Assembly (NCBI GenBank): GCA_944389525.1
Contig: CALXMR010000003.1
Span: 2,915 to 66,914, forward strand
From: an uncultured Alphaproteobacteria bacterium
Lineage (GTDB): Bacteria > Pseudomonadota > Alphaproteobacteria > Rs-D84
Direction of reading: 5' to 3'
Length of the DNA stretch: 64,000 nucleotides
Shown in pieces: positions 29,611 to 39,076 of this stretch (position 1 is its first letter; each line of letters opens with the position of its first letter). The translations under genes and the position numbers were made by a program. The notes below the pieces were generated by a model. That model did not search any database. It saw only the letters and a program-made list of their open reading frames with translations, and was not told where the DNA came from.

Positions 29611-32526
29611 ATGGCGACATACAAGCATTTAACAGATTTATTAAAGATCTGTTCCGTGCTGCCTGCGTTGGCGATTATGCCCGCAATGGCAGAAGAACCA
29701 AACGTAAATATAAATAACAATAACTTGGCGCAGGACAATCGCGTATATAACGGCACAATAGCAGGCCAGCGTGCTGATAACGTACAACGTGGTGGTGCGG
29801 TAACTATTGGCTATGGTGTATCGGGTGTATCTGTGGCAGATGGCACCAGTTTCATAGGTAACAAGCATCTTGCCGCCACTGGTGGTGGTGCGATCAAGGC
29901 ACTGAATGGATTTACAATTGGTAATAATGTAACATTTGATGGCAATACCGCAGATAATAATGGGTGGGCCGGTGCACTGTATATAAAGCTGGCTGACAAG
30001 GCGAACCCTTCTGAAAATACGACTGTAAAGATTGGTGAAAACAGCGTATTTAAAAATAACAGTGGGTTGTTTGGTGGTGCAATTGGTCTGGAATATGGTA
30101 ACCTGGAAATTGCCAACGGTGCGCAGTTTATTGGAAATCATGCGAATGGTACGGCAGATACCTTTGGTGGTGGTGCAATTATCGTTTGGCAGGACCAAAA
30201 AGATCGTCCAGAACTGCATTCAACATTGAAATTGAATAACGCAACGTTTGAAGAAAACACGGCGAAGAAGTATGGTGCGGCGATTGCGGTATTTGATACA
30301 GGTGCAGAAACAACCATAAACGGTGGTTCGTTTAAGAAGAATTCAGTGGCAGAATCCGATGCAAAGAACCCAAGTGGTGGTGCGATTTATAATGTTGGCA
30401 TCATGAACATAGATGGTGTTGAGTTTAAAGAGAATAACGGAAATTACTCCGGTGGTGCGATTTACAATGCAAATAGCGGTGTTACAACGGTTAAAAATTC
30501 TCTGTTTAGTTCCAACACAGCTGCACAAGGTGGTGCGATTAATAATGCGGCCACAGCTGCGGATGAAGCCGGGGAATTAACCGTTGTTGATTCGGTGTTT
30601 GAAAATAATTATGCGTGGAATGGTGGCGCAATTAGAAACCAGGGGAAGGCAGACATACAGATAGCAAATATTGTTGGTGGTGATTTTGTCAACAATAGCT
30701 CGGCAAATGGCGGTGCTATTTGGAATGGTACTTGGGGAAAAATGACCATCTCTGGTGCCGAATTTAAAGGCAATTCGGTATCAAAGACATCCGAGGTTTA
30801 TAATACAGATAAGACGTCTGATGGTCAAGGTGGTGCGATTACTAATGCAGGTGTGTTAGAAATCACCAATGCCACATTTACTGGTAATAGTGCTGCTGGT
30901 ATTGGTGGTGCGATTGCGAATGTTACACCACAGACGAAAGACTCAGAGATAGTTTCGAAAATTGTGTTCGATACAGTTGCATTTGAAAATAATCATGCAG
31001 ATGAAAAAGGTGGTGCTATTTACAATGTCGCACGTGGTGAAATTGTTCTGAACGGTGAAAACACATTCAGTGGCAATATGGCGGGTGACGTTGCAAACGA
31101 CATCCACAATGATGGTAAATTTTCCATCGCGTCTGGCACAACAACGCTGGGTGGCGGTATTACCGGTGACGGTACACTGACCATTGAGGATGGTGCAACA
31201 CTGAATATCGGTACAACAACCGTAAAACAGTCTGAGGTTACACTGGATGGTACACTGACTGCACAAATCTTGAACCAGGGTTCGTGTGGTCGTGTCGAAA
31301 CAGGTAAGATCACCGTTGGCGATAAAGGACTGTTGAACCTGATGTTCGGATCTGTGGGTACATATAACTTTGGTGTGACAGTACCAGAAGATAAGATTGT
31401 GTATAACAATGCAATCTATGACGCCACATTCGGTGAAACAGGTGAAATCACTGTTGCAACCAAATCAGTGGAAGAAATTGCCCAGGGTACAAACCTGTCG
31501 ATGGGTGCGGCAAACGCGATCAGCATCATGGCCAACACAAAGGACGATGTGTTGAATACGATTTCGCTGATGGCGCAACAAGACCTGGTCGCGGGCAAGA
31601 CTGGCAATGCTGAAAAAGAACTGGCAAAACTGAACCCAGATGACAAGCCGGTCGCACAATCGGTCGCATCGTCTGTCCAGAACCAGGTGATGTCGCTGGC
31701 TGCGGGTCGTATGTCCGGTGCATCGGTCGGCCGCAGTGGTGGTGATTTAACATCTGCGGATTATGGCCTGTGGGTCCAGGGTCTGTACAACCATTCGAAA
31801 TATAATGGCAAGTTCAGCGGCGATACATGGGGTATTTCTGTCGGTGCAGATACACTGATTGACGGTAAATATACTCTGGGTATCGGTTATGCATACAATG
31901 ACACTGATGTCGATTCGAATTCGCGTGATACAGGTATCGAATCGAACAGCTTGTTCCTGTATGGCCAGTACAAGCCAAACGAATGGTATGTCAATGCAGC
32001 ATTGAACTATACAATGGCTAACTATGACGAATCTGCGGATCCATATGGATTCAAACGCAAGACAGAATATGATGTCGATTCGTTCGGTGGTCAAATCATG
32101 ACGGGTTATGACTTTGCAGCCGGTTTCACACCAGAAGTTGGTATGCGTTACCTGCATATCAGCCAGGATGCATATCAGAGCTGGTTGGGCGAAGTTGACG
32201 CGTTGGATACAGACTATCTGACCGGTGTCGCGGGCGTAAAGTATGCGTTCGAAATCGAATCGGCGTCTGAACTGAAATTCCGTCCGGAACTGCGTGCGGC
32301 GGCAACATATGACTTTATGTCTGATGCAGCCGTGGCAACAGTGACCGCGCCGGGTAATGTTGCATATGTCATCGATGCGGATCGTCTGTCACGGTTCGGT
32401 GGTGAATTCGGTATCGGATTGACCGCACAGTATCGTGGGCTGGATGTATCGTTGAACTATGAACTGGATCTGCACGAAGATTACACTTCACAGACCGGTA
32501 TGTTAAAGTTCAGATATGATTTCTAA
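29611..32526 (+). CDS. Autotransporter with Pmp-like GGA(I/L/V)/FxxN repeat passenger
   Basis: RBS AAGGAG, extended signal peptide, many GGAI and FxxN motifs, GRSGGD then beta-barrel ending FRYDF. Confidence 0.9.
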   Translation: MATYKHLTDLLKICSVLPALAIMPAMAEEPNVNINNNNLAQDNRVYNGTIAGQRADNVQRGGAVTIGYGVSGVSVADGTSFIGNKHLAATGGGAIKALNGFTIGNNVTFDGNTADNNGWAGALYIKLADKANPSENTTVKIGENSVFKNNSGLFGGAIGLEYGNLEIANGAQFIGNHANGTADTFGGGAIIVWQDQKDRPELHSTLKLNNATFEENTAKKYGAAIAVFDTGAETTINGGSFKKNSVAESDAKNPSGGAIYNVGIMNIDGVEFKENNGNYSGGAIYNANSGVTTVKNSLFSSNTAAQGGAINNAATAADEAGELTVVDSVFENNYAWNGGAIRNQGKADIQIANIVGGDFVNNSSANGGAIWNGTWGKMTISGAEFKGNSVSKTSEVYNTDKTSDGQGGAITNAGVLEITNATFTGNSAAGIGGAIANVTPQTKDSEIVSKIVFDTVAFENNHADEKGGAIYNVARGEIVLNGENTFSGNMAGDVANDIHNDGKFSIASGTTTLGGGITGDGTLTIEDGATLNIGTTTVKQSEVTLDGTLTAQILNQGSCGRVETGKITVGDKGLLNLMFGSVGTYNFGVTVPEDKIVYNNAIYDATFGETGEITVATKSVEEIAQGTNLSMGAANAISIMANTKDDVLNTISLMAQQDLVAGKTGNAEKELAKLNPDDKPVAQSVASSVQNQVMSLAAGRMSGASVGRSGGDLTSADYGLWVQGLYNHSKYNGKFSGDTWGISVGADTLIDGKYTLGIGYAYNDTDVDSNSRDTGIESNSLFLYGQYKPNEWYVNAALNYTMANYDESADPYGFKRKTEYDVDSFGGQIMTGYDFAAGFTPEVGMRYLHISQDAYQSWLGEVDALDTDYLTGVAGVKYAFEIESASELKFRPELRAAATYDFMSDAAVATVTAPGNVAYVIDADRLSRFGGEFGIGLTAQYRGLDVSLNYELDLHEDYTSQTGMLKFRYDF

Positions 32527-32543
32527 AAAAAACAGTCTGACTG

Positions 32544-32572
32544 AAAAAAATCCCCCAATTGGGGGATTTTTT
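32544..32572 (+). terminator. Intrinsic terminator
   Basis: AAAAAATCCCCC-AATT-GGGGGATTTTTT. Confidence 0.8.
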
Positions 32573-32594
32573 GTTGGATGTGAATTATTGCGCG

Positions 32595-32734
32595 TTGTCA
32601 TCCTGGGGCCTTCTTCTTGTCACCCCGTGGCGCGGGGCCCCGCGCACTTTCTTGTCATCCTGGGGTCAAGCCCCAGGATGACAAAGAAAAGAAAGCCCCA
32701 GGATGATAAAGAAAAGAAAGCCACGGGGTGACAA
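32595..32734. repeat. Nested GTCA..TGAC palindromic (REP-like) repeat cluster
   Basis: GTCATCCTGGGG x2 and CCCCAGGATGA(C/T) x2, GTCACCCCGTGGC/GCCACGGGGTGAC, with AAAGAAAAGAAAG spacers. Confidence 0.8.
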
Positions 32735-32845
32735 AAAATAAGGGGCAGGGAAATCACACATCGGGATTGTACAGGTGGAATACAAATTTATTGCAAGGGG
32801 TGGGGGTTTGTTTTTATGATATGCTTGTTGGAAAAGGGGATGTGT

Positions 32846-35218
32846 ATGATTTTGCGTTTTTATAATATCTGTATAACTGGGGCGATTGTAATGATGGTGG
32901 TGATGCCCGCGGCTGGGGCCGACCGAATCGTTGTTGATGCCGGCGGGGAATTTACACTGGATGCACCAAAATATACTCAATATGTTACCGAGACTGAAAA
33001 TGGGGGACTGGTTTTTAATGCCGGAACATTGGAATTAAATTCTGGGGTTGTGGTGACCGAAAATTCGGGGGTATTTGGTGGTGCAATCTGGAACCAGGGA
33101 ACAATAACGCAAAATCTGAATTCGGGGGCAGGACAGTTATCTTTTTTCAGAAATAAATCGACAAATGCCGGTGGCGCAATCTATAACAGCGAAACAGGGG
33201 TTATAAAAAGTCTGAGTCATGTTTTATTCCAAGAAAATACTGCGGCAATGGGGGGCGCAATCAATAATTCCAAGGTGAATGCCGCGGCACATGGTGGTGT
33301 TATAGAATTGATTTCTAATACCAGTTTTATTGGTAATTCTGCGGGCGCGTCCCAGGGCGGGGCGATTCGTAACCAGGGAAAAATTAACGATATTGTCGAT
33401 TCGTTGTTTATGCAAAATACGGCTGGGAATGGTGGCGCAATCAATAACGGATCGTGGGGCAGTGTTGTTAATGGTATTACAAATACACAATTCGTGAATA
33501 ATACGGCACTGGCTGGCGATTGGCAACAGGGTGGCGCAATCGTAAATGCCGGTGTGATTAATCGCATAGAAGCGTCTGAATTCAGCGGAAACCAGGCTGG
33601 AAAAAATGGGGGCGCAATCGCAAATGTTATAAATACGGCCGGAACCCAGCCTGTTATTTCATTGAAAGATGTTCAATTCTTGAATAATCGCGCGGGTGTT
33701 GCCGGGGGTGCAATTTATAACGAAGTGGGCGCTGTGGTCAATCTGGATGGTGATAATATTTTTTCAGGAAATACCGCGGGCGATGATACAAATGATATTC
33801 ATAACCTGGGCCAGGTTGTAATTAATTCTGGGGTTACAAAGTTTGGTGGCGGTATTACGGGAACAGGTGAATTGACCATAAAATCAGATGCCACAATGGA
33901 TATTGGCGCAACAACCGTGACCCAGGGGATTATAAACCTGGATGGGACGGTGTCGATGTCGGTGCTGAACGCGGATTCGTATGGACAGTTAATGGCGGAT
34001 ACATACAATATCGCCGATGGTGGCGTTGTGCGGATATCATTGGGGACGGCGGGAACATATGAACTGTTTTCGGATGGTTGGGATGGAAAACTGGAATACA
34101 ACGATTCGATGTATAATATGTCACTTGATGGTGGCCATGTGACATTCAGTACAAAATCTGTGGATGAAATCGCAGATAAAAATAATCTGACTACGGCCGC
34201 CGCCACGGTGATGGCGGGACTGGCCAATGTGGGGGATTATTCTGTGGCGGTTGCATCGTTGAACGCGCAACAGGCACTGGCCAGCGGTAATACAGAATAT
34301 ATTGAACAAGAATCAAAAAAACTGGGGGCGTATGATGTGCCAGTTGTGCAATCGGTCGCCGCGTCTGTCCAGGGCCAGGCGTTGTCACTGGCCGCGGGTC
34401 GTATGTCCGGCGCATCGGTCGGCCGCAGTGGTGGTGACGCGATTGCAACAGAATACGGTGTCTGGGGGCGCGGAATGTTTAATCATACCCAGTATTCAGA
34501 TGTATTTACCGGAAATATGCGCGGTATTGCCGTTGGAATAGATGGGCAGATAAATAAAAAATATACCGTTGGACTGGGGTATTCTTATAACAGGGCGGAT
34601 CTGGATGCCAACGCGCGGGATACAAATGTCGAAAATAATACACTGTTTGTCTATGGCCAGTATCAACCAAACAAGTGGTATATTAACGCAACAGCAAACT
34701 ATACGATGTCAAAGTATATGGATACGGCAAATGTGTTCGGAATCATGATTGAATCGGAATACGATACCACTGCGTTTGGTGGTGCCATCATGACAGGATA
34801 TGATTTTGCGTTTGGTTTGGCACCGATGGCAGGGGTCAGATATTTGCACATAGATTCTGATGAATATGATAATGGTATATTGACAATTAATGCCGATGCA
34901 ACAAATTATCTGACGGGCGTTGTTGGGGCGCAATACGATTTTGTGATTGGGTCTGATTGGACGGTTAAATTCCGCCCAGAATTGCACGCGGTGGCAACAT
35001 ATGATTTCTTGTCGGATTCGGCGTTGGCCACAGTAACAGGAATCGATTCTGTGGCATATGTTGTTGATGGGGGACGGCTGTCGCGATTTGGGGGCGAATT
35101 CGGAATCGGACTGGCGATGATGTATGATGGATGGGATATTTCTGTGAATTACGCGTTGAATTTGCACAGTGACTATACATCACAGACAGGTATGTTAAAA
35201 TTTAGATATGATTTCTGA
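32846..35218 (+). CDS. Autotransporter with Pmp-like repeat passenger (tandem paralogue)
   Basis: GGAI/FxxN repeats, GRSGGD, beta-barrel ending FRYDF. Start could be 32840 or 32846. Confidence 0.9.
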   Translation: MILRFYNICITGAIVMMVVMPAAGADRIVVDAGGEFTLDAPKYTQYVTETENGGLVFNAGTLELNSGVVVTENSGVFGGAIWNQGTITQNLNSGAGQLSFFRNKSTNAGGAIYNSETGVIKSLSHVLFQENTAAMGGAINNSKVNAAAHGGVIELISNTSFIGNSAGASQGGAIRNQGKINDIVDSLFMQNTAGNGGAINNGSWGSVVNGITNTQFVNNTALAGDWQQGGAIVNAGVINRIEASEFSGNQAGKNGGAIANVINTAGTQPVISLKDVQFLNNRAGVAGGAIYNEVGAVVNLDGDNIFSGNTAGDDTNDIHNLGQVVINSGVTKFGGGITGTGELTIKSDATMDIGATTVTQGIINLDGTVSMSVLNADSYGQLMADTYNIADGGVVRISLGTAGTYELFSDGWDGKLEYNDSMYNMSLDGGHVTFSTKSVDEIADKNNLTTAAATVMAGLANVGDYSVAVASLNAQQALASGNTEYIEQESKKLGAYDVPVVQSVAASVQGQALSLAAGRMSGASVGRSGGDAIATEYGVWGRGMFNHTQYSDVFTGNMRGIAVGIDGQINKKYTVGLGYSYNRADLDANARDTNVENNTLFVYGQYQPNKWYINATANYTMSKYMDTANVFGIMIESEYDTTAFGGAIMTGYDFAFGLAPMAGVRYLHIDSDEYDNGILTINADATNYLTGVVGAQYDFVIGSDWTVKFRPELHAVATYDFLSDSALATVTGIDSVAYVVDGGRLSRFGGEFGIGLAMMYDGWDISVNYALNLHSDYTSQTGMLKFRYDF

Positions 35219-35224
35219 TGCCAG

Positions 35225-35252
35225 AAAAAATCCCCCAAACGGGGGATTTTTT
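35225..35252. terminator. Bidirectional intrinsic terminator
   Basis: AAAAAATCCCCC-AAAC-GGGGGATTTTTT, the same hairpin as at 60308. Confidence 0.8.
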
Positions 35253-35967
35253 AATTGTCTTTGAAATATTTTGAACGCTGGGTCTGGGATACGGATTCCA
35301 TCTTGTCGAATATATCGTTCGCCGCGTCAATATCCACCGGCGCATCGCCTGATGGCATGGTGTAATCCGCACCATTTAATACAATTATCCGTTCGGGCAG
35401 TAAATCACCTGGGCCACATTGGATATAGTATTTATATGGATCATAATATTTGCCATAGCATTTACCAACCTGGATTGCGACATATCCATCCAATGCCAAT
35501 TCAGCACATGTTGGTTGTGCACCCGATGTAACAATCATGCCGTTTGGCAGTTGTTCTATTTCATCGGCATATAATGGAACAGTGTTGCACCACACCGGTA
35601 CATATTCATCACCAACAGATGCCATCGCACCATTCGATGTTGTTCGCCGCACACCAAAGCAATCGCCGTTTAATTCATCTGTATCAAAATCAGCCTTGAT
35701 TTTATCGCCGCGTGCAATATCTGTTTTTCCCATCGGGACCGGTATGTAATCGTCATTGTTTACCAATGCGTCCGGACAAATCAGTTTCATTCCCCAACAT
35801 TGACTGGATGCGTCCCACATTTCACGATCGTATCCCGTGCCCATGCTGGGATAGCATGTGGTTGTGTCCAGGCGACATACAGTTTCTTGGCGCCACCAAT
35901 CAACCGCGTCACATGTCATCGGCGCAAACATCAACCCGAATACAGAAAATGCAAATATTTTTTTCAT
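35251..35967 (-). CDS. Secreted Cys-rich hypothetical protein
   Basis: Signal peptide MKKIFAFS.., multiple Cys; downstream of the large Cys-rich gene. Confidence 0.75.
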   Translation of the reverse strand: MKKIFAFSVFGLMFAPMTCDAVDWWRQETVCRLDTTTCYPSMGTGYDREMWDASSQCWGMKLICPDALVNNDDYIPVPMGKTDIARGDKIKADFDTDELNGDCFGVRRTTSNGAMASVGDEYVPVWCNTVPLYADEIEQLPNGMIVTSGAQPTCAELALDGYVAIQVGKCYGKYYDPYKYYIQCGPGDLLPERIIVLNGADYTMPSGDAPVDIDAANDIFDKMESVSQTQRSKYFKDN

Positions 35968-36060
35968 CGTTTCTTTGCCTTTTATTTTATCAAAATTTTT
36001 TATGCGTGGCAATATTGTATTTATGATAACCCCATTGTTGTGCTAGTCCCTGTGTCGTCA

Positions 36061-38574
36061 TCAACCACTGGTGGACGGGTTTTCTGTATCAGAATCATCT
36101 TTTTCTGCGCAATATCCCCACTTTGTATTTGCCCCCGTTTCATCATAGAAGTATTTATATAAAGTACCTGTGCTGGAACCGTCAGATTTCCATTGCGTGT
36201 CAAACCATGTCCCGCCCAGCCTCTCGCATTCAGTCGACAAGACTTTTGCCATTTCTACCTTGACCGAGTCCATGACCGAATTGACATCCCCCATAACTTC
36301 TGCTGGAATTTCTATTTCCCCATTGGTAATTTTTTCTGAATCCGATGGACGAACACAAACCTGGGTTGCATAGCGTACTACTTTTTGATATAAACTGCCG
36401 GCATAATCTGGCCCACAGTCAAATTCTGGTTCTGTTATAAGCGGGGCAGATGTTCCGCCAGGGCAATTTGCATCGGCCAGCCCCGAGACTGCATCACATT
36501 TCAGACACATATTGTTAAACTTGCCGGCTGCTTCGGCACCTAAAAGAATTTTTGCGTTTCCATCCGCTGTGTTTTCATCTTTGTATGCCAGAACATATCC
36601 TTGTTTGCATTCATAATAGGCGCGTATTTTTGGTTCGCAATAGTAACCATTGCTTGTGGGATATTGTGTGTTGTCAATATTGATGTCAGATGTGTTGAAT
36701 GTCATAGACAATGCATTACATTGCCAGCGGTCAGCATATATTTGATCGCCAGGGGCGTATACACGGCATCCATATGGGTATGCGTGCAGACTGTCATTAC
36801 TGGGGACTTTGCAAGTGTCTTGGACAAAGCTTTCCAATAATGTGTGGCATTCTTTGACAATTTTTTGATCGGTGATTTCATGCATCGCTGCTATTAATAA
36901 GTCCAGACCACTGCCATTCGGGTCGCCGTACAAATTGCTGCAGGCGTACAATTTTTCCTCACATAATTCTTCGGATAATTCCAGACGCGATCCCGTCAGT
37001 AATTCTTCTTTGATATTACTAAAATCTTTCAGTGATTCATTTTGTTCATCGTAACAGGTGTTAACGACAGCCAGACATTCATTTTTGACATCGCGAATTT
37101 TTTCTTGTTGGCCCTGGTATATTTCGACAATTGCCTGGCGAACAAATTCATCCCATACCTCGTCTGCGATATCGCGACATGTTTCCAGACCGCGCGCGGC
37201 ATAAATTCGTTTGTTGTTTAATTCAGAAACAATTAAACGGTTGGTGGCGTTTGTTAAAACATCGCCATCTAATGATATCTGGTATTCCAGTTGATAAAAG
37301 TCTGGGGAATAAATCGGTTCGCCAGTATCACGATTTAAGTATCTGCCGGTTACATCCAGGCAATGAACATAGTTGGGCCCACATGCCGTTTCGGCGGTTA
37401 TGTCGGTGCGAACCTGGGCAATACAGTCATTAATTGATGTTGAATTGTGGGCATTATAATTTTCCAGACGCGCCACATTCATTTCGCGTTCGGTATCACG
37501 GATAGAACTGTTGGCCTGGACCAGTTGGGAATCCAGTGCGTTCAACAGGGTTGTGCAATCATTTTCAATATACATCCCATATGCAGATATTACCATGTTT
37601 AATGTGGATTGTGATGGGCAGTTAGATGCGATTAAATCCACACACTGTGAATGAACCGCATTGTACAATGATTCGCCGGTCAGGTTCGCGATGTTTTCAC
37701 CCGATGCTAAATTCGTTGTTGCCCATATTTGGTTTATGTCGCCCGCGATATCTAATGTCCCCAGTGTTGATAACGCCTGGGATTTAGTGGAAGACAAAAC
37801 CGCGCTGATGCCGGCCAATGTTTGTGCCGATTGTGAATCGTCTTCGGTTATGGCCAGTTCACCTTCGCTGGCGGATAGCATGGCATTAACCTCGGTCGCG
37901 GTTTTGGGGATAACTTCGATATTTAAATTTTTAAAGTCGGTTAACTGATCGGCGGTTTGCCCCAGTGCGCGTTCACGATTTTGGACATCGGTCAGACGTG
38001 ATGAACATATGCAACGGCGATAAGAATCATTCATGGTCGCACAAAACTGATCCATACATGTAAAGTATGCATCACGACAAATGTTATATTCTGTGCCGAA
38101 TGTGTTTGTGACAGATGCCGGTGCAACGGTTGTGGCGCGTGGTGAACGTGCCACGCGCGCAGATGACACAGATTGGCGTGGGGCCGCACTGCGAACAACC
38201 GACTTGTTTGTGGTACCCCGTGATTTTGTGGTATTCCCCGTTATGCCGGTGCGCGACGATGTGATTGCATTCGCACTGCGGGCAGATGTCGGGGGGGCAG
38301 ATGTAGACGTGTTGGTTGCATTGTGTGCAGATATTCCACTGCGTGCAACGGTTGTGCGCGCGTTGCGCGATGATGATGTATCAGATTGCGAAATAGATGT
38401 TCGGTTTGATGATACGCTGCGTACAGGTGGGGTGGTTGTGCCACGTGAAACCACGGATGTGGTATTAGTGCTACCAGACTGATTTCGGGATATGGATTTT
38501 GAATCACGAACAGCAGCATCGGCATGCATGATGCCAATGCAACACATCAGTGTAAAAAGTAAAATCCTTTTCAT
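36061..38574 (-). CDS. Secreted Cys-rich helical protein (novel paralogue family) with S/T/R-rich linker
   Basis: Signal peptide; CRDAYFTCMDQFC..RCICS; GESLY..C; CGPNYVHC. Confidence 0.8.
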   Translation of the reverse strand: MKRILLFTLMCCIGIMHADAAVRDSKSISRNQSGSTNTTSVVSRGTTTPPVRSVSSNRTSISQSDTSSSRNARTTVARSGISAHNATNTSTSAPPTSARSANAITSSRTGITGNTTKSRGTTNKSVVRSAAPRQSVSSARVARSPRATTVAPASVTNTFGTEYNICRDAYFTCMDQFCATMNDSYRRCICSSRLTDVQNRERALGQTADQLTDFKNLNIEVIPKTATEVNAMLSASEGELAITEDDSQSAQTLAGISAVLSSTKSQALSTLGTLDIAGDINQIWATTNLASGENIANLTGESLYNAVHSQCVDLIASNCPSQSTLNMVISAYGMYIENDCTTLLNALDSQLVQANSSIRDTEREMNVARLENYNAHNSTSINDCIAQVRTDITAETACGPNYVHCLDVTGRYLNRDTGEPIYSPDFYQLEYQISLDGDVLTNATNRLIVSELNNKRIYAARGLETCRDIADEVWDEFVRQAIVEIYQGQQEKIRDVKNECLAVVNTCYDEQNESLKDFSNIKEELLTGSRLELSEELCEEKLYACSNLYGDPNGSGLDLLIAAMHEITDQKIVKECHTLLESFVQDTCKVPSNDSLHAYPYGCRVYAPGDQIYADRWQCNALSMTFNTSDINIDNTQYPTSNGYYCEPKIRAYYECKQGYVLAYKDENTADGNAKILLGAEAAGKFNNMCLKCDAVSGLADANCPGGTSAPLITEPEFDCGPDYAGSLYQKVVRYATQVCVRPSDSEKITNGEIEIPAEVMGDVNSVMDSVKVEMAKVLSTECERLGGTWFDTQWKSDGSSTGTLYKYFYDETGANTKWGYCAEKDDSDTENPSTSG

Positions 38575-38683
38575 TCCTTTATATATGTAGAATGATAACA
38601 AAAATATATTTTTATGGAAAGCGATTATTTGTTCACATGTTTATTTTTTTTCCAAGAAAAAATCCCGCAATGGCGGGACCTTT

Positions 38684-38935
38684 TTATTTCGTGTTTTGTT
38701 CGGTGGTACTTGGGCGATTTCGTTCAACAAATGTTATGCGGCCCTTGTCCAAATCGTACGGTGTCATTTCAACGCGAACATGTTCACCAACATTGACCCA
38801 TATGCGCAACTTGCGCATTTTGCCACATACCGTTGCCAAAATTTCGTGCCCATTTTCCAGTCTTACCCGGAACATAGTATTGGGTAATTTGTCTTCTACG
38901 ACACCAGAAAAAACAATCACATCGTCTTTTGCCAT
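38684..38935 (-). CDS. infA: Translation initiation factor IF-1
   Basis: [38 protein letters not shown]. Confidence 0.96.
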   Translation of the reverse strand: MAKDDVIVFSGVVEDKLPNTMFRVRLENGHEILATVCGKMRKLRIWVNVGEHVRVEMTPYDLDKGRITFVERNRPSTTEQNTK

Positions 38936-39076
38936 TATTATCCTCTGTATTTACTGCGAAAAAATTCTAGGCTAATGATATTATTTTGTAAAATGTAAAG
39001 CAAGTTGTTTTTATGTGCTTGCACATGTTGGTGGGTTTTGATAGAATTATAGGTAAATATATGTAGGGTGGGCGTT

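Noticed and set aside
32797-32806. Phase-variable G tract in the promoter spacer
   Set aside because: GGGGTGGGGG is interrupted and too short to support slippage.
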